A stretch of 64,000 nt of DNA from assembly GCA_020536535.1 (NCBI GenBank), contig JAHLWZ010000800.1, positions 62,001 through 126,000 on the forward strand, read 5' to 3'. Position 1 is the first letter of the stretch, and the number at the start of each line of letters is the position of its first letter. The stretch is from Pelomyxa schiedti (Eukaryota > Protista > Evosea). The position numbers and the translations under genes were made by a program. Positions 48,135 to 60,612 of this stretch are shown piece by piece. The notes beneath the pieces are model-generated. The model saw nothing but the letters and a program-made list of their open reading frames with translations. It did not search any database and was not told where the DNA came from.

Positions 48135-50938
48135 TCAGTGGCCACCACCGGACTGTGGGGCAGACGCCACGGAGCTGCTGACCATTGCCGACAGCGCATC
48201 AGATACATTGGGATTGGCGCCAAAGTTGAACAGCGGCACTGACTTGCTGGGCAGGACAGCCGTGCGGATGTTTGACATTGCGCGGGCCATGATCTCCGCC
48301 TTGCGAAGCTCGCCGTAGGCCCCGTACTTATCAAGAAGCTGGGCTTCTTTCTCGGCGGCCACGGTTTTCATCTGGAGTGCCTCGGATTCGGCCGCTGCCC
48401 TGGTTTTTTTTTTTTTTTTGGGAATTCAGTGGGAGGCTGATGCGAAGCGGGGCGATTGGTTTACTTGATTCTGATTGCCTCGGCTTCCAGTTTGGCGGAT
48501 TCAAGCGTTGCCTGCATCTCGATTTGCTTGGCTTCGGCTGCAGCTTTGGCCTTGGTTACATGGTTTTGGTTCACTCGTTCTTGCTGTGGAATTCGGATGA
48601 GAATAGTTCGGAATTCGGATTAAGGATACACACAGCAATTCGTTCCTGCTCAGCCTTCTGGTTTGCCTGCGATTGAGCAATTTGATATTGCTTTTCAAGA
48701 ACAGAGGCATCAGCATTTGCTTGTGCAGTAATCAGGGAGAACTTGGAAACCTAAAAATCCAAGAAGTGAGAGCACAGATATAAATGGTAATTGTACTTGA
48801 GCAGCTATGCTAGGATCCAGAATCTAATAATACAAATTAATGAAGATTACAGGCAAAACAAATACCTTAGGAGTTTCAATATTAAGTCGGACAAGGTTTA
48901 TACCGTACTCCTGTTGATTAGTAAGAAGAATTGTACTTCAATCATGAAAATATAATACCAAAAAATCTCTGCAAAGCTGGTTTTTGACTTCATCCTGCAA
49001 ATGTCGAATAAACTCTGGGGCACTGGGGCTGCCATCTGAAGCAGGCTCTATAAAAATAGCTCAATTGATTTTCTATGCAATCGATTATCTTACGTAGTGG
49101 GAGCCTGGCTTTTGTCTGATCAGTGCTTTGGAAATCACTTGATGAGCACTGTAAAGGAAATCAACTTTGTGAATGTAATGACTAGTTTAAACCTGCTGAA
49201 TTACTGCACCCATATCGGCTACAACTAAGCTTTCTATATGAGGTACAATTTGCTTTACGTTCAGCTTTGTCAGAGTCAACATTGGTTCAGTCATTTCATA
49301 GACTACAAGCAATTGGACACCAATAGGAAGTCCATCTTTTGTACGGAATACCTGAAGAAATAATGGGCAGAAGGGGGAAAAAAAAAAAAGAAAAAGAAAA
49401 CCTCGTAGCAGAAGTTTGGGTCATCAGGATTTTCCCGTTTGCGTGTATGCTTGGTTTCTTGGCTAGGGAACAACAAAGTCTTTTTGTTTTTGTTTAGAAC
49501 GCTCAGAATTGGACATAGAAGTGTACCTGAATATTTGTTGGGAGGAAAGAATCAAATGTATGTATTGGAGACGTTATGAGTATTGGCTGTAACAGGATTA
49601 GGGTCAAAGTGTTCCTTCAAAGAGGTAAACCTGATTTGTACGAGACGCAGAGTAAATTTGTAGGTGCCCATTATCATATGTTATTGCTACTTCGCCTGTA
49701 CGTGGCATAAGCCTTTTCAGTGACCCATGTAGAATGACTGGCTCTTGGGCATCATGGAAAGGAATACCCTTTTCCTTCTCATCAAGTTGGAATATAGGGC
49801 TGTTGACAATATATGGTTCCATACGACTCTCCAAGAAGAAAGGCTCAGAGCCGTACCAAACCTACCAATTTCAGGGATCTTATGGAAGGCTCAGGGGAGA
49901 GATACCTTGGCGATTTTGCCATTAGGAACACGTAGGATGTGAATAGTTCCGTGGCAGATATAGGGGTGATACACCGCCCTAAATCCACCTCGGCGATCAA
50001 ACATGAAGTTCTGGTCATGTATCACATGAGGACCCTCACCCTGAAAGACACAATGAAATAAGAACTTACTTAACAATTTAGTGTCAAAGCACACATAAAT
50101 GACAGGGATTGTGCCAGACATAGCAAGGGCGAGTTGACCTTGGGGCACGTTGAGAACATATACACCGTGTCCCCCAAAGAAAGGATCAGTTTGCTGAAAG
50201 TAATAAATACTTTCAAAAATGTAAATTGAGCCCTACTGGAAAAGTCCCCATTTCCCCTGTGAGGCCAGTAAAATACACCTTTTTTCTGTGAGGAAAATTT
50301 GGGAGAGGCTAAGAAAAACTGATTTTCTCTGGGGAGTATCTTTAAAAAGTACGAGTTCTGGAGTAAAATTCCTGTGTACAAGCCTAGCAGACGATGAAAC
50401 GGGATGGGGCCAATATAAAAAGGAGTACCTGAACTGACCACGGTCAATACGAGTTCCCCATATCAAAGAATCAACCATTATCGAACGTTTTCCTAGATAC
50501 ATGTGAGGAAAAGTACCATGTGAAGACTATACCTTTATTGAACGCCTTTGCAATGTTGTCCATTTGTTGGACTGGATCAGGAGCCCTGTAAATTCCATTA
50601 GAAATAAGGATAGAACATTGTAAAAAAAAAAAAAAACAGTACCTAAGCGTAGACTGTATAATGACGTCATCAGGATTCAGGAATTTTGGCAAGTGCCCAC
50701 CCGGGGGGCCTTGGCTTGGAGGCGTCGGAAGACCGGACGCCCCGCCGTCGATCGCAGAACCAGTATAAGACGTAGTGGCTGTGGCAGACAGCATTGTGGG
50801 ACCGCTGCTGCTCTCGTCGTCGTCGTCGCGGCGCCTGTGCCTGTGGGGCTTGTGGCGCCCGTCGTCGCCAACGTTGGGCGAAAGTGCGGCGGTGGCGAGG
50901 GCCTCGGCCGACGCGTGCAGGGCGGTGCTCGATGCCAT
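48135..50938 (-). CDS. SPFH (band 7) domain protein with repeated N-terminal beta modules and a C-terminal coiled coil, multi-exon
   Basis: FRTKDGLPIGVQLLVVYE, IVPHIESLVVADMGAVIQ, YGINLVRLNIETPK, Ala/Glu-rich AEAEA..EAAKLEAEA tail; N-terminal VPQGQLALA..GPHVIHD and VPNGKIAK modules. Confidence 0.8.
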
Positions 50939-51186
50939 TGTAGTGTACTTGTGGGTTGGCTTTGTTGTGTGTGGCGGTTGTGGGTTTTTTTTTCCGAACT
51001 GCTTTTTTCGCCGAGCCGTTCAAAAGACATCAAGAATCGAAGATTTTGGGTTTTTGCGGAATGGAAGAGATACCTTCCACTCTTGGGTTCTTTGGGTTCT
51101 GGGCCCGTCCTACTTGTGCGTTACCTGCACAGTATGTGTCTTCAGTGGTGAAGAAAATAGGGTCAGACAAGAGTGATAGTTGAGAA

Positions 51187-51786
51187 TCATGCATCACACC
51201 AAAATACAAAACCACAACTTTTCTTTGATTGGTCCTGTGGCTAGCTTTTGATTCAGTTCTAATTTCTTGGTCAGAGTACCTTGTTATGTAAAATTCACAC
51301 AATGCAACATTTCCTTCTTGTATGGCAAATGACTCCACCTGATTCCAAATGGCTGAAGAAAAAAAACACCAGACCACCGATCCCAAGCGATGATAACGAA
51401 AAGTAAAGCGTTCCGGTCTGTTGAGAATTTTAATCAGCCAGGTACCTAAAAAGCAAAAAGGAAATCATCTTTCGGAAGATGATTTAGCTCCCAGTGTAAG
51501 GGAACTTGTCCCAACAATCCTTGAGTTTAACGCGCACCTCTTCTGCGGTGGGTTTATTTTTATCTACCTTCCACTTTTCAAGCCAGTCCGGGAGGTAGAG
51601 CTGAAGCTTGCCTCTCATCCTGAAAGTTTGTCCTAAAGACAGTAAGTCTTTTAATTCGTAATAGGTCAAATTGGTAGGACTGGAGTGGTACCTGTCCCAA
51701 AGATTGACGAATCTTCGAAGCCGTTTCCACCAACACTCGCGTGAGGCATGAAGCGGTCGGGGGGCTCGAGGAGGATGTTTCGCCAT
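51187..51786 (-). CDS. Small hypothetical protein ending in a GRF-zinc-finger-like motif
   Basis: ATG at 51786; last exon PQDQSKKSCGFVFWCDA-stop matches the C.FF.W.D tail of GRF fingers. Confidence 0.45.
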
Positions 51787-52318
51787 TTTTGTGGAAGATT
51801 TTTGATTTGGCTTGTTGGGATAAGTCCCCTTTGTTTTGCTTTTTATTTGCTTTTTTGGAATTTTTGGATTGTTGTTCCTTTTTTACGAAGTTGTGATTGA
51901 TTGGATTTCTTTTTAACAGAGGAAATTTGGCTGCAACGTACTTGTGGGAGACGTTGGCTTTCTGTACTTGGTGTGGTGGGGCACTTGCTGTGGTGTTCGG
52001 GATATTCTGTGGTTAAGAACCATGAACAAGGGTACTTGTGCTGAGGTGATAAATCCTTTCCTGTGGGTACTGAAAAGGACACACCGAGAATTCTCCACAC
52101 TCTTCTTTACAACCTCCCCACAGTACTCGCCTTTCGTGATGGCTGAATCTCACAGTCTCACTGCGCCCGTGATCGAATTCGTTTTCGTTTGTTGTTATGC
52201 TCAACGGGGCTACACCGTACTATCCTGAAGAACAAAAAGAAAAAGCCCGTCATTTCCGCAAAACAAGGTTGAAACACAAATACAAAAAACAAATCATTGG
52301 ATCAGACACCAAGTACAC

Positions 52319-55068
52319 ATGTCTACAGGGGCGGTAAACCGGGTGGTGATAGTGGGTGGAGTTGCAGGTGGTGCTTCCGCTGCTGCGAGGCTTAGGAGGG
52401 TCAACACTGAATGCAGCGTCATTCTCTTTGAGAGGGGGGAATACGTGAGGTGACTGTCAAACTGCATCCCTTGTTTCTCCTGGGTTTTTTTTTTTTTTTT
52501 TGGCTCACACGGGTGCACTGTTTTCCAGTTTTGCAAATTGCGGTATGCCATACCACATTGGCGGCACAATCAAAGAGCGGGACAGGCTGCTGTTAGTTTC
52601 ACCTGATACTTTGCGCCGGTTCCTTCCTAATTTAGATTTTTTCCCTTTGTTTTGTTTCTCCCATCGCCCACTAAATTTCTTTTCTGCACACAGACGGTTC
52701 GACATCGATGTTAGGATACGCACTGAAGTTATTTCCATTGATGCAGAGCGAAAAGAAATCCTGGCTAGAGCTCTCACAACGGGAGTTGAAGGTCAAAAAG
52801 CTCCCGTGGAAGCTTCTTGTTCTGACATTTTCTAGAGCGGGTTCCCTATGATGCCTTGATATTGAGTCCAGGCGCATCACCAGTGAAACCACCTATTCCA
52901 GGAATTGACCACCCCCGCGTCAGAGTTCTTAGGGATATCAGCACAATGGACTCTATGAAAACTTTAGTAGACGCAGAAGTCAATAAGACAATGCAAGCTT
53001 TCTTTGACTTTATTTCCATTTTCTCACTGAGCCTAGACCTCGCCCAATTCTCATTCTTGGAGGTGGATATATTGGCTTGGAAGTGGCTGAAGCTATCATT
53101 CACAGAAAACTTCCTTGCATTTTAGTGGAATTCTCCAATCAGGTACTCTTTAATAATCTGTACCAAGGTCCTTTTAAAAATATTTACAGGTTATGGGTCC
53201 AATTGACCCTGAAATGAGTTATCCTCTACATCAAGAGTTGAATGCAAATAATGTGGACCTTAGGTTGGGCTGCACTGTTTCAAAATTCGTGGGCACCGAC
53301 ACGGTACTCTTCTTTAGCAGCACCACCCCTAATACATTTTCAGTCTGTTCTCTGCACTCTCACAACAGGGGAGGAAATAGAATGTGCATTTGCTGTTGTT
53401 GCAATTGGTGTTCGTCCAGAGACTGAACTTGCCAAGACTGCTGGTTTATAATAGCCTTGTGTTTAAGCACTTGACCTTTTCAAGGTTTATCAATCGGCCA
53501 ACGTGGAGGCATACTTGTGGACGAGTTCTTGCAAACATCCAACCCATCAATCTATGCAGTTGGTGACGCAGTTGAAGTACCTTGTTTCTTAGTGTCTTCA
53601 TATTATGTTTACTTGTATTAGGTCCAAGACTTTGTTACAGGGACACAAGCACATATTCCACTTGCTGGACCTGCAAATAGACAAGGTCGAATAGTGGCAA
53701 CGAACTTGTTTTGTAAAAATCCCAAGTTCAAGCTTTCTTACAAAAAGACTCAAGTACTGTATATGTAGTCTCTTGAAATTACTCACTTGTCGTAGGGAAC
53801 AGCTGTGTGTAAAGTCTTTGATTTGACTGTTGCAATGACTGGCGCAAACGAGAAACTTCTCAAAAGATTAAACAAACCATACAATAAAGTCTATCTACAT
53901 TCAATGAGTCATGCCTCTTATTATCCCGGTTGTTAAGGTTTCATCTATAGGAAATTTAACAACACTTAAGGGGCACAATTGATGTGCATTAAACTGATCT
54001 ATGACCCGGAATCAATGAAAATTTTGGGGGCACAAGCCGTTGGCAAAGAAGGTCAGCTGAAGGTGCAATTAATGTGATTTATGAAGAAAACAGGAGTCGA
54101 GAAAAGAATTGACGTAATTGCTGTGGCACTTCGTGGAGGTTTGACTATTAATGACCTGGAAGATCTCGAGCTATGCTACGCACCTCCTTATGGAAGCGCA
54201 AAGGACCCCGTTAATATGGCTGGTTTCATTGCCTCTAATCTCGAACGTGGAATGTTCCGACAATGCTTTGCGGAGGACCTGCACAAAAAGTTGTCTGATG
54301 GTGGGTCTGATCTTCCATTTATTCTGGATGTAAGAGAGCCGGAGGTAGGAACAACCGTCGCCAAAGATGTTCGATGTTCTTATATTTCCAACAGGAAACT
54401 ACGCAAAAAATACCTCAGTCAATTAATATTCCTCTGGCCCAAGTTGTATCCCGTCTACATGAAATTCCTAAGGATAGACCCATTGTCGTTACATGTGCAT
54501 CAGGTCTACGTTCCTACAATGCTACCATGACACTACTTCACAATGGATATAATGCCCAAAATCTTAGTGGAGGGTTTAAGATTTGGAGTTGGGTGACTGG
54601 AAATGATCCAAAGAAATGGGTTAGCTCTTTTTCTTACCTTACTGTGGTGCTTATTTCTCCTTCAGATAAAACCCATTTCCTTGCCACCCCCTTCTTGTCA
54701 AGCAACCACTTCATGTCAAGCAACGTCTTCATGTACCACTGTCTCCCCTTCTGGTGCACTTGATGTTGCAAAGGAGGTTCGTTGCATACTTTGCAAACTA
54801 CACATTTCACATATTTTTTTTTCAGGTTGATGCCATGTGTATGGCGTGCCCTGGGCCCATAGTCAGACTTGCAAAAGCCATGAATGATGTAAAGGAAGGA
54901 GAAGTTGTGAGACTACGTGCGGGTGACAGAGGGTTCGCACAAGACATTGTTGGCTGGTGTAAGAGTACTTCCAACACCCTTGTCAAAATGGACACAGAGG
55001 AAAAGCCGGAGTACTGTGTAACAGTCTTAATTCGGAAAGGGACTGCCACCAAGTCCTCATCCAGTTGA
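52319..55068 (+). CDS. cdr: CoA-disulfide/persulfide reductase - rhodanese - TusA/SirA fusion (CoADR-RHD/Npsr-like), many introns
   Basis: [78 protein letters not shown]; rhodanese [14 protein letters not shown]; Tus[20 protein letters not shown]. Confidence 0.95.
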
Positions 55069-55127
55069 AAAAAATAGTTCTTTTTTTTTTTTTTTTACAA
55101 ATAAAAAGAGATAGTAACTTGTTGTCA

Positions 55128-56972
55128 TTATGAATCGTGTGGTGTGGTTGTGGTACTGCTGTGATTGTGCAATGTGCAGCCCTGAAGTTCACTATCAGCC
55201 AACTTCTGCTCCATTATGTGCAGAATTTCCTCGTCCATGTGCCTCATTCCCAGGCATGCAACTTTGCCCAGGTTCACAAGTGATGTAATTCCACTCGCGC
55301 CAACAATTCCATCAGAAGATGGAATTCCGATTCCGCTCATGGCGAGATGTACAGCTCGGAATGCCGCATCCACAGCAGTCATGGCTTTGAGGGCGCAACC
55401 CATCTTGGCACCATCACATATCTGATGATTTGTAAGTGTTTCATGTAAAGTCCAGAGGGGAGTTCATACCATTCCAGCAACATTTCCCACCATGTTGTTG
55501 CATGCGAGTGATAATTCCCTTTCTCCACCATTGTTCATCATAACTAAACCAGCAGCCAAACCGATTCCAGCAGCGTTATTACAGCCACATATAGCTGAGA
55601 GGGTTCCCAGGTGTGCAGTAGTGAGTGAGGTTACCAGGCAGGCCATAGCTAGTGACTCCTCAATGAGGTTTTGGGGAATCCCTAGGTGCCTTCCTACGAT
55701 GTTCAAAGGTACACTAGATGTTATTCCCTACTCATGAATTAGTCCCCAGACAACTGACGGACCATACTTTATTCCCAGAACCAGCGAGACAGTAAACTTT
55801 GCAAGCGGTGCCGCACATACGGGCATGCACACCTAAGTGGGTGAGGGGTTGGAAATTGAATAAGAAAACAAACCATGAAATACAGTGATGGCCGCTCTAG
55901 AGTAGGCATCCGATGAACTAGCGGGATTCAGTGTTTCGCGGAATCCCTTCATTCCTTCCGCACAGATTGCAAGGTTGCACTAGGCAAGACTCAGAAACTA
56001 TGTAGGGGAAAAAAAGAAAAAAAAGAAAGAAAGAAAAAAGCCGTACTTCACTTCCAAGTCGAATCATTTCTCTATCCTCGGGAGTAATACTTCGGGCCAG
56101 ACGGAATAACTCGGTGAAACTCATTTTACACAACCTGTCATAGATGGAGATGCGCTTCGGGGTTGCTTCCTTGCCTGAAGGCTCCGTCGTAGATAATGGG
56201 GAGGGAGATTCTCCATTGAGTAAGGCATCAACATTTACTGGAACACCATCCCTCGCCACCAATGTTACATTTGTATGGTGCTGAGTAATTACACATCTCC
56301 CTTTCACCGCTGGTGCTCTAGTAACGGTACAATCCACCAGTAAGTCTGTGTCAGCTTCAACATCCTTGCGAACGGTGACGTGCACACGATTGTGTGTCAT
56401 AAGGAATGTGGCATGGGCTAAAACAGCTTCATCTGTGGCACTGAAGCACTCTAGCTTCAAATTTCGCCTTATGGCTTCATGCGTGAATGAAGCTCCAATA
56501 GCAACAGCCCACTATAATATCTCAATCAAGATATAGCATAAAATTAGGTACTAGACGAGAAAAAGAAACAGGAGTGGTACTTGTATTCCTGTTTTGCTTT
56601 GTGAGTGCGGAATTCCAACAGCATAGCAGTTCTTGTACATCCTTGGATCACATAGCAAAGTAACATCCACCACTTCACCATCACCAGCAGCAAGACTAGC
56701 CAATGAGCACCCATAAGCTATCCAGGCAAAAATAGATTGACTCATAAGCTACATTCAAAAGGGGCCAAAAAAAAAAAAAAAAAAAGCCAAAGAACCAAAA
56801 AAACCCAGACAAAAAAAAGCAGCCTCCAAAGAGCCAAAAAACGAAAAGTACCAATACTTGCAGGTTCAGTGCATCCCAGTGTTGGTCGCCACTCTTGTTT
56901 GAGGTACTCGCTAAATGTGAGCTCCTGTGGATCGCTTGCCGACGACGTTGGGGGTGGGGCAGTGGTGGCCAT
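55128..56972 (-). CDS. cyuA: [4Fe-4S] L-cysteine desulfidase (CyuA/YhaM/CdsB, UPF0597), multi-exon
   Basis: PTLGCTEPASIA, MYKNCYAVGIP, HHTNVT, SLAGSGNKGI, GTLSAICGC, VAGMICDGAKMGCALK, SDGIVG, GMRHMDEEIL. Confidence 0.93.
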
Positions 56973-57250
56973 GGCGATTATGGGTCGGTTGGGGGTGGGG
57001 GTTTGTTAGTTGAGTTTGAGGTTGTTTCTCAGTGTGATTTGCTGAACGAAGTTGACAGTTTTAATTAATTGCTTTGTTCAAAGGGGTTCCTTCGAGAACC
57101 AAAAAGATTTCATCGCCGATCATGTAATTAAGGTAATGTCAGAAAAAGGACGGAACGACTCGTTACTAAAAGAGAAGGTATGGGAGTTTTGAGAAATCTA
57201 TTTCATAGAATGGTAGAAAACTGACTCTAGGAACTCACAAGTGGGGTGCA

Positions 57251-58107
57251 TTATGGCCTGCATTTTGGGCAGACGGGCATGCCATTAAGGGGGTAGAATG
57301 ACTCGTCGGGATTGAGAACTGTGTGGCATGTCACACAGGCAAAGCACTTGGGGTGGAAGGTTACACCAAGCTGCAAGGGGGTGAATTCATTGAAATGGAA
57401 ACGCAAAAGCAAAAGAAACATACAGCTTCGACCCCTTCTTCAGAAAGTTCCACTTTCAACTTCTCGTGACATACATGGCATTCCTTGGAGAACTTGGCAT
57501 TGTAGTCATCAGCACAGTACCAGGCGTTATCTACTGTCCAGAACTTGATTCCGGGGAGTGGCTTCTTGCATGTAGCACACACGAAGCATGCATTGTGGTA
57601 TCCTTTGCCCTGCAGAAATTACAGAGTAAGTGGATGAAAGTTTCCTTTGTACACTTACAGAGAATGTGGCCCAGGAGCTCTCGGTAATTGGTTGTGAGCA
57701 AACAGGGCAAGGGTCCGTAGGCTTCTTTGGAGCCGTCGCTCCGTGGCATTCGTTGCACCACGCTCCATCACTACAAATATTGTCACAGTAAGTAATATGC
57801 ATTTTATTTTCAAAAATAATGGCGGTTAGAGGGCGTTATTGTGTATATTTTTGAGAGTTGAGCGGCATACGGGTGCTTGTAGAATGAACCAACAAGTTCT
57901 TTATTGCAGTGAACGCATTTCCAGCACGCCTTGTGGTACTTCTTGCTCATAGCAGTAAGAATAGTGTCGGTCTTGGCAATGGGCTTGTTGCATCCGGCGC
58001 AAACGACTTCAACAGCGGGATCTGGCCATTAAAAATACACAAGCGTTAGATCGTTTTTGTTTATATTTGCCTTGTGGGTGTTAACCGAGGTGTCACCAAC
58101 CTGCCAT
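57251..58107 (-). CDS. Three-LIM-domain protein (paxillin/zyxin-like LIM-only), multi-exon
   Basis: CAGCNKPI..YHKACWKCVHC, CPVCSQPI..YHNACFVCATC..YCADDY, CHVCHEKL..FHPKCFACVTC..VCPKC. Confidence 0.92.
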
Positions 58108-58206
58108 TTCGAACGGTTTTCTTTTTTTTTTTTTGGGTTGTTTAATTAAATTTTCGAAACGCTTTGAGCCAAAAATCTGTCCCTCTGGATAGACAGCGAC
58201 ATGCTT

Positions 58207-60524
58207 TTAGAAGAACTTCACTTCTGACACATTCTCCTGAAGCTCCCTGAATCTCTTCTCCTAAAAGTCCTTGTGCCAGGACACACAACACAAATGCCTA
58301 TTGAGACTGTGAAAAAAAGGATAGGGGAAAAGCCCATTTATTGCAAAGGTGGGTTGTGTGCAGGAAATTATGTCACTGTCAGTGTGATCTGTGCTGTCAT
58401 TAGTGGCTGAGTGTGTGGTGCTCATTCCGGTTTCATCGTCATCCTTGTTCCAGCCCTCCACAGAACCTTCCTCAGACAGAGACAGTACAACTACTGGCTG
58501 GGCTGTTGACAGTGGTGCAGGAGTTGGTGTTGGTGTCGGCGTGGCACTGGGAGTTGCTGTTGGGCTTGGCGTGTTGCTTGGCAGGGGTGAAACTGGTAAA
58601 TGGAAGAGCGATGTGCCGCGTGGTGGGCTTGAGGGAGGAAATGGCATTGTTAGTTGAGACGGGGTAACGTCGCTGTGGAAGTGCTGAGTGGAAGAAGGTG
58701 CTGCTGTCTGTGAGTCTTTTTGAGGGGAGCCCATGTGCTCATCAGGAGGTGTGTTGTTGGTATCAGTGATAGGGGGCAATTTGTCCTGTGAGGACTGTTG
58801 GGTGTGCCTTTCATTGGCTTTCAAAATTTGGTGGGTGAGGGGTGTTATGGGACTAGACAGCAGGTGTGAAAGGGGAAAATTTCCATTCGGCAAGAGTAAA
58901 TTCTGGTTGGAGATTATCGTTGTTGGAGTTGTGGGTGCTTGAGGGGTGAATGGAGTGACGGGTGCTTGAAAGGAGACTGATGACTCTGATACTGATGGTA
59001 TTGCCGGAAAAGTGATGGGATCCTGTATGAGGGTGTCCCAGGATTTTGTTTGAAGCATCAATGGGGGATCTGATGTGACGCTATCCAACGCTTTCAGTAA
59101 AGCCTGTTCCACATTGAATGCCAACTGTTTTTGCTTTGCCAGGGGTAGACACTCAAAAGAAAATAAGTGACACTCAGTAGAGTGTAGTGAAAGCTTACGT
59201 TTTCTGCAAGGAGTTCTTGGACTAGAAATTCGTTTATACTACAGAAAGTGGACAGTGATAACCGTAGTGTCGTTAGTCGCGAAATTAACTGAGTAAAAGT
59301 GAGTTTTTTCAAAAAGCGCACTGAGTACCTACAGTTTCTAATTGCTGCAATTTGTGGGTGAGCAAAAAAAAAAATTGTTGTAAGAGAAATACCGATTGTA
59401 AGAAGGAAATGTTCCGGCTACAAATAGTTCTTGATTGTAAAAGCAACGGAACAGTTGCGGAAACTTGCCGTAAAACCCATTGTGGTTGTTGTAATGGGGT
59501 CTGGACTTCCTTGCTAGGACAATTTAGCCATGGCTCTATGTGGTATGACCATTTTATGACTTTTCTGGAATTTCTTACTCTGAAGAAGAGAAACAGTCTG
59601 TATGGCATGATTTACTGTCCGATAGTTGGCAAGCTCTTGAGTTATGTAATGCATGATTGCCTCTATTTTAAACCCAAGAAGACCAATCTCTGCTATGAGT
59701 GCTGCTTCGTCCCTGTATGATGACATGACTATAAAACTCAATTTTCGCCATAGAGGTTACTTGTTTTTCAGATTGGCAATAAATGAAACAGGAGCCTGAA
59801 GCAATGAAGTAAGGGATGGCATTTCAAAAGTCGTGTTTGAATCTGATATTTTCTGTGAAATTTCTTTAGGCTCAGCATCTGCGCCTCCTGTAGATGACAG
59901 CACACTTCCAAAAGAGGTTTTTGGAAAAGGGGGTGCTGTGGAATGGGATACGGCCGTTGAAGCAGTCTCTGAGGAAGTTGGTGCAATTTGAGCATTTGTA
60001 TCTGCAGTGCCTGAAACATTAATCGACGGGGGATGTTCTGCAGCACTCTGTTGACTTGGAGGGGAAGAAGCGGCAGAGTTCGTCATATCCACCACATCGT
60101 TGGTTGTGCTGGTTTCACCAGATTCTTTTTCGGTGGGGCTTGGTTCTTGCGATGAGAACAACCTTGAGCTGATACTGCGTGTGTGTTGTGCGTGCCTGTC
60201 ACTTTGTTTCTTGTAATGGTGCCTGTGCCTCTCACACAATGACTGCGAGCTAAACGCGTGGTTTCTCTCGTCGGTTTCTTGGTCGCCGAGCTTGGACGGC
60301 GACGAAGAGACAGGCTCCTCCTTCAATTCGCCGCCCGCTTTGTCGCCCGAGGAAACAGACGGCGGCGAAAACGGGTTCGGCTTGATCTCCACTCTCCGGA
60401 TCTTGGGCGGCGTCAATGCGACGTGTCGTCTCGGACTCTCCGCATTCCACGTAACTTTCTTTTTCTCTCCTGTTCCGCGCCCCTTTCGCCGTACTGCCGA
60501 CACGAGCGGCGGCTGCGTCTGCAT
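58207..60524 (-). CDS. Hypothetical Ser/Thr/Pro-rich protein with a central helical region, multi-exon
   Basis: Long ORFs 59757-60524 and 58261-59124 linked by short exons; no family recognised. Confidence 0.6.
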
Positions 60525-60612
60525 CTCTCCTTCCTTTCTCTTTTTTATTTTTTTGAAATGACAAATCAAGATCTCCTCTTCGTGTTTCTTCGAATTTTGG
60601 GTGAGCGGGGAA

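Noticed and set aside
51790-52310. Intergenic stretch with repeated GTACTTG(T)G, considered as an ncRNA
   Set aside because: No tRNA, snRNA or snoRNA signature recognised; a covariance-model search would be needed.
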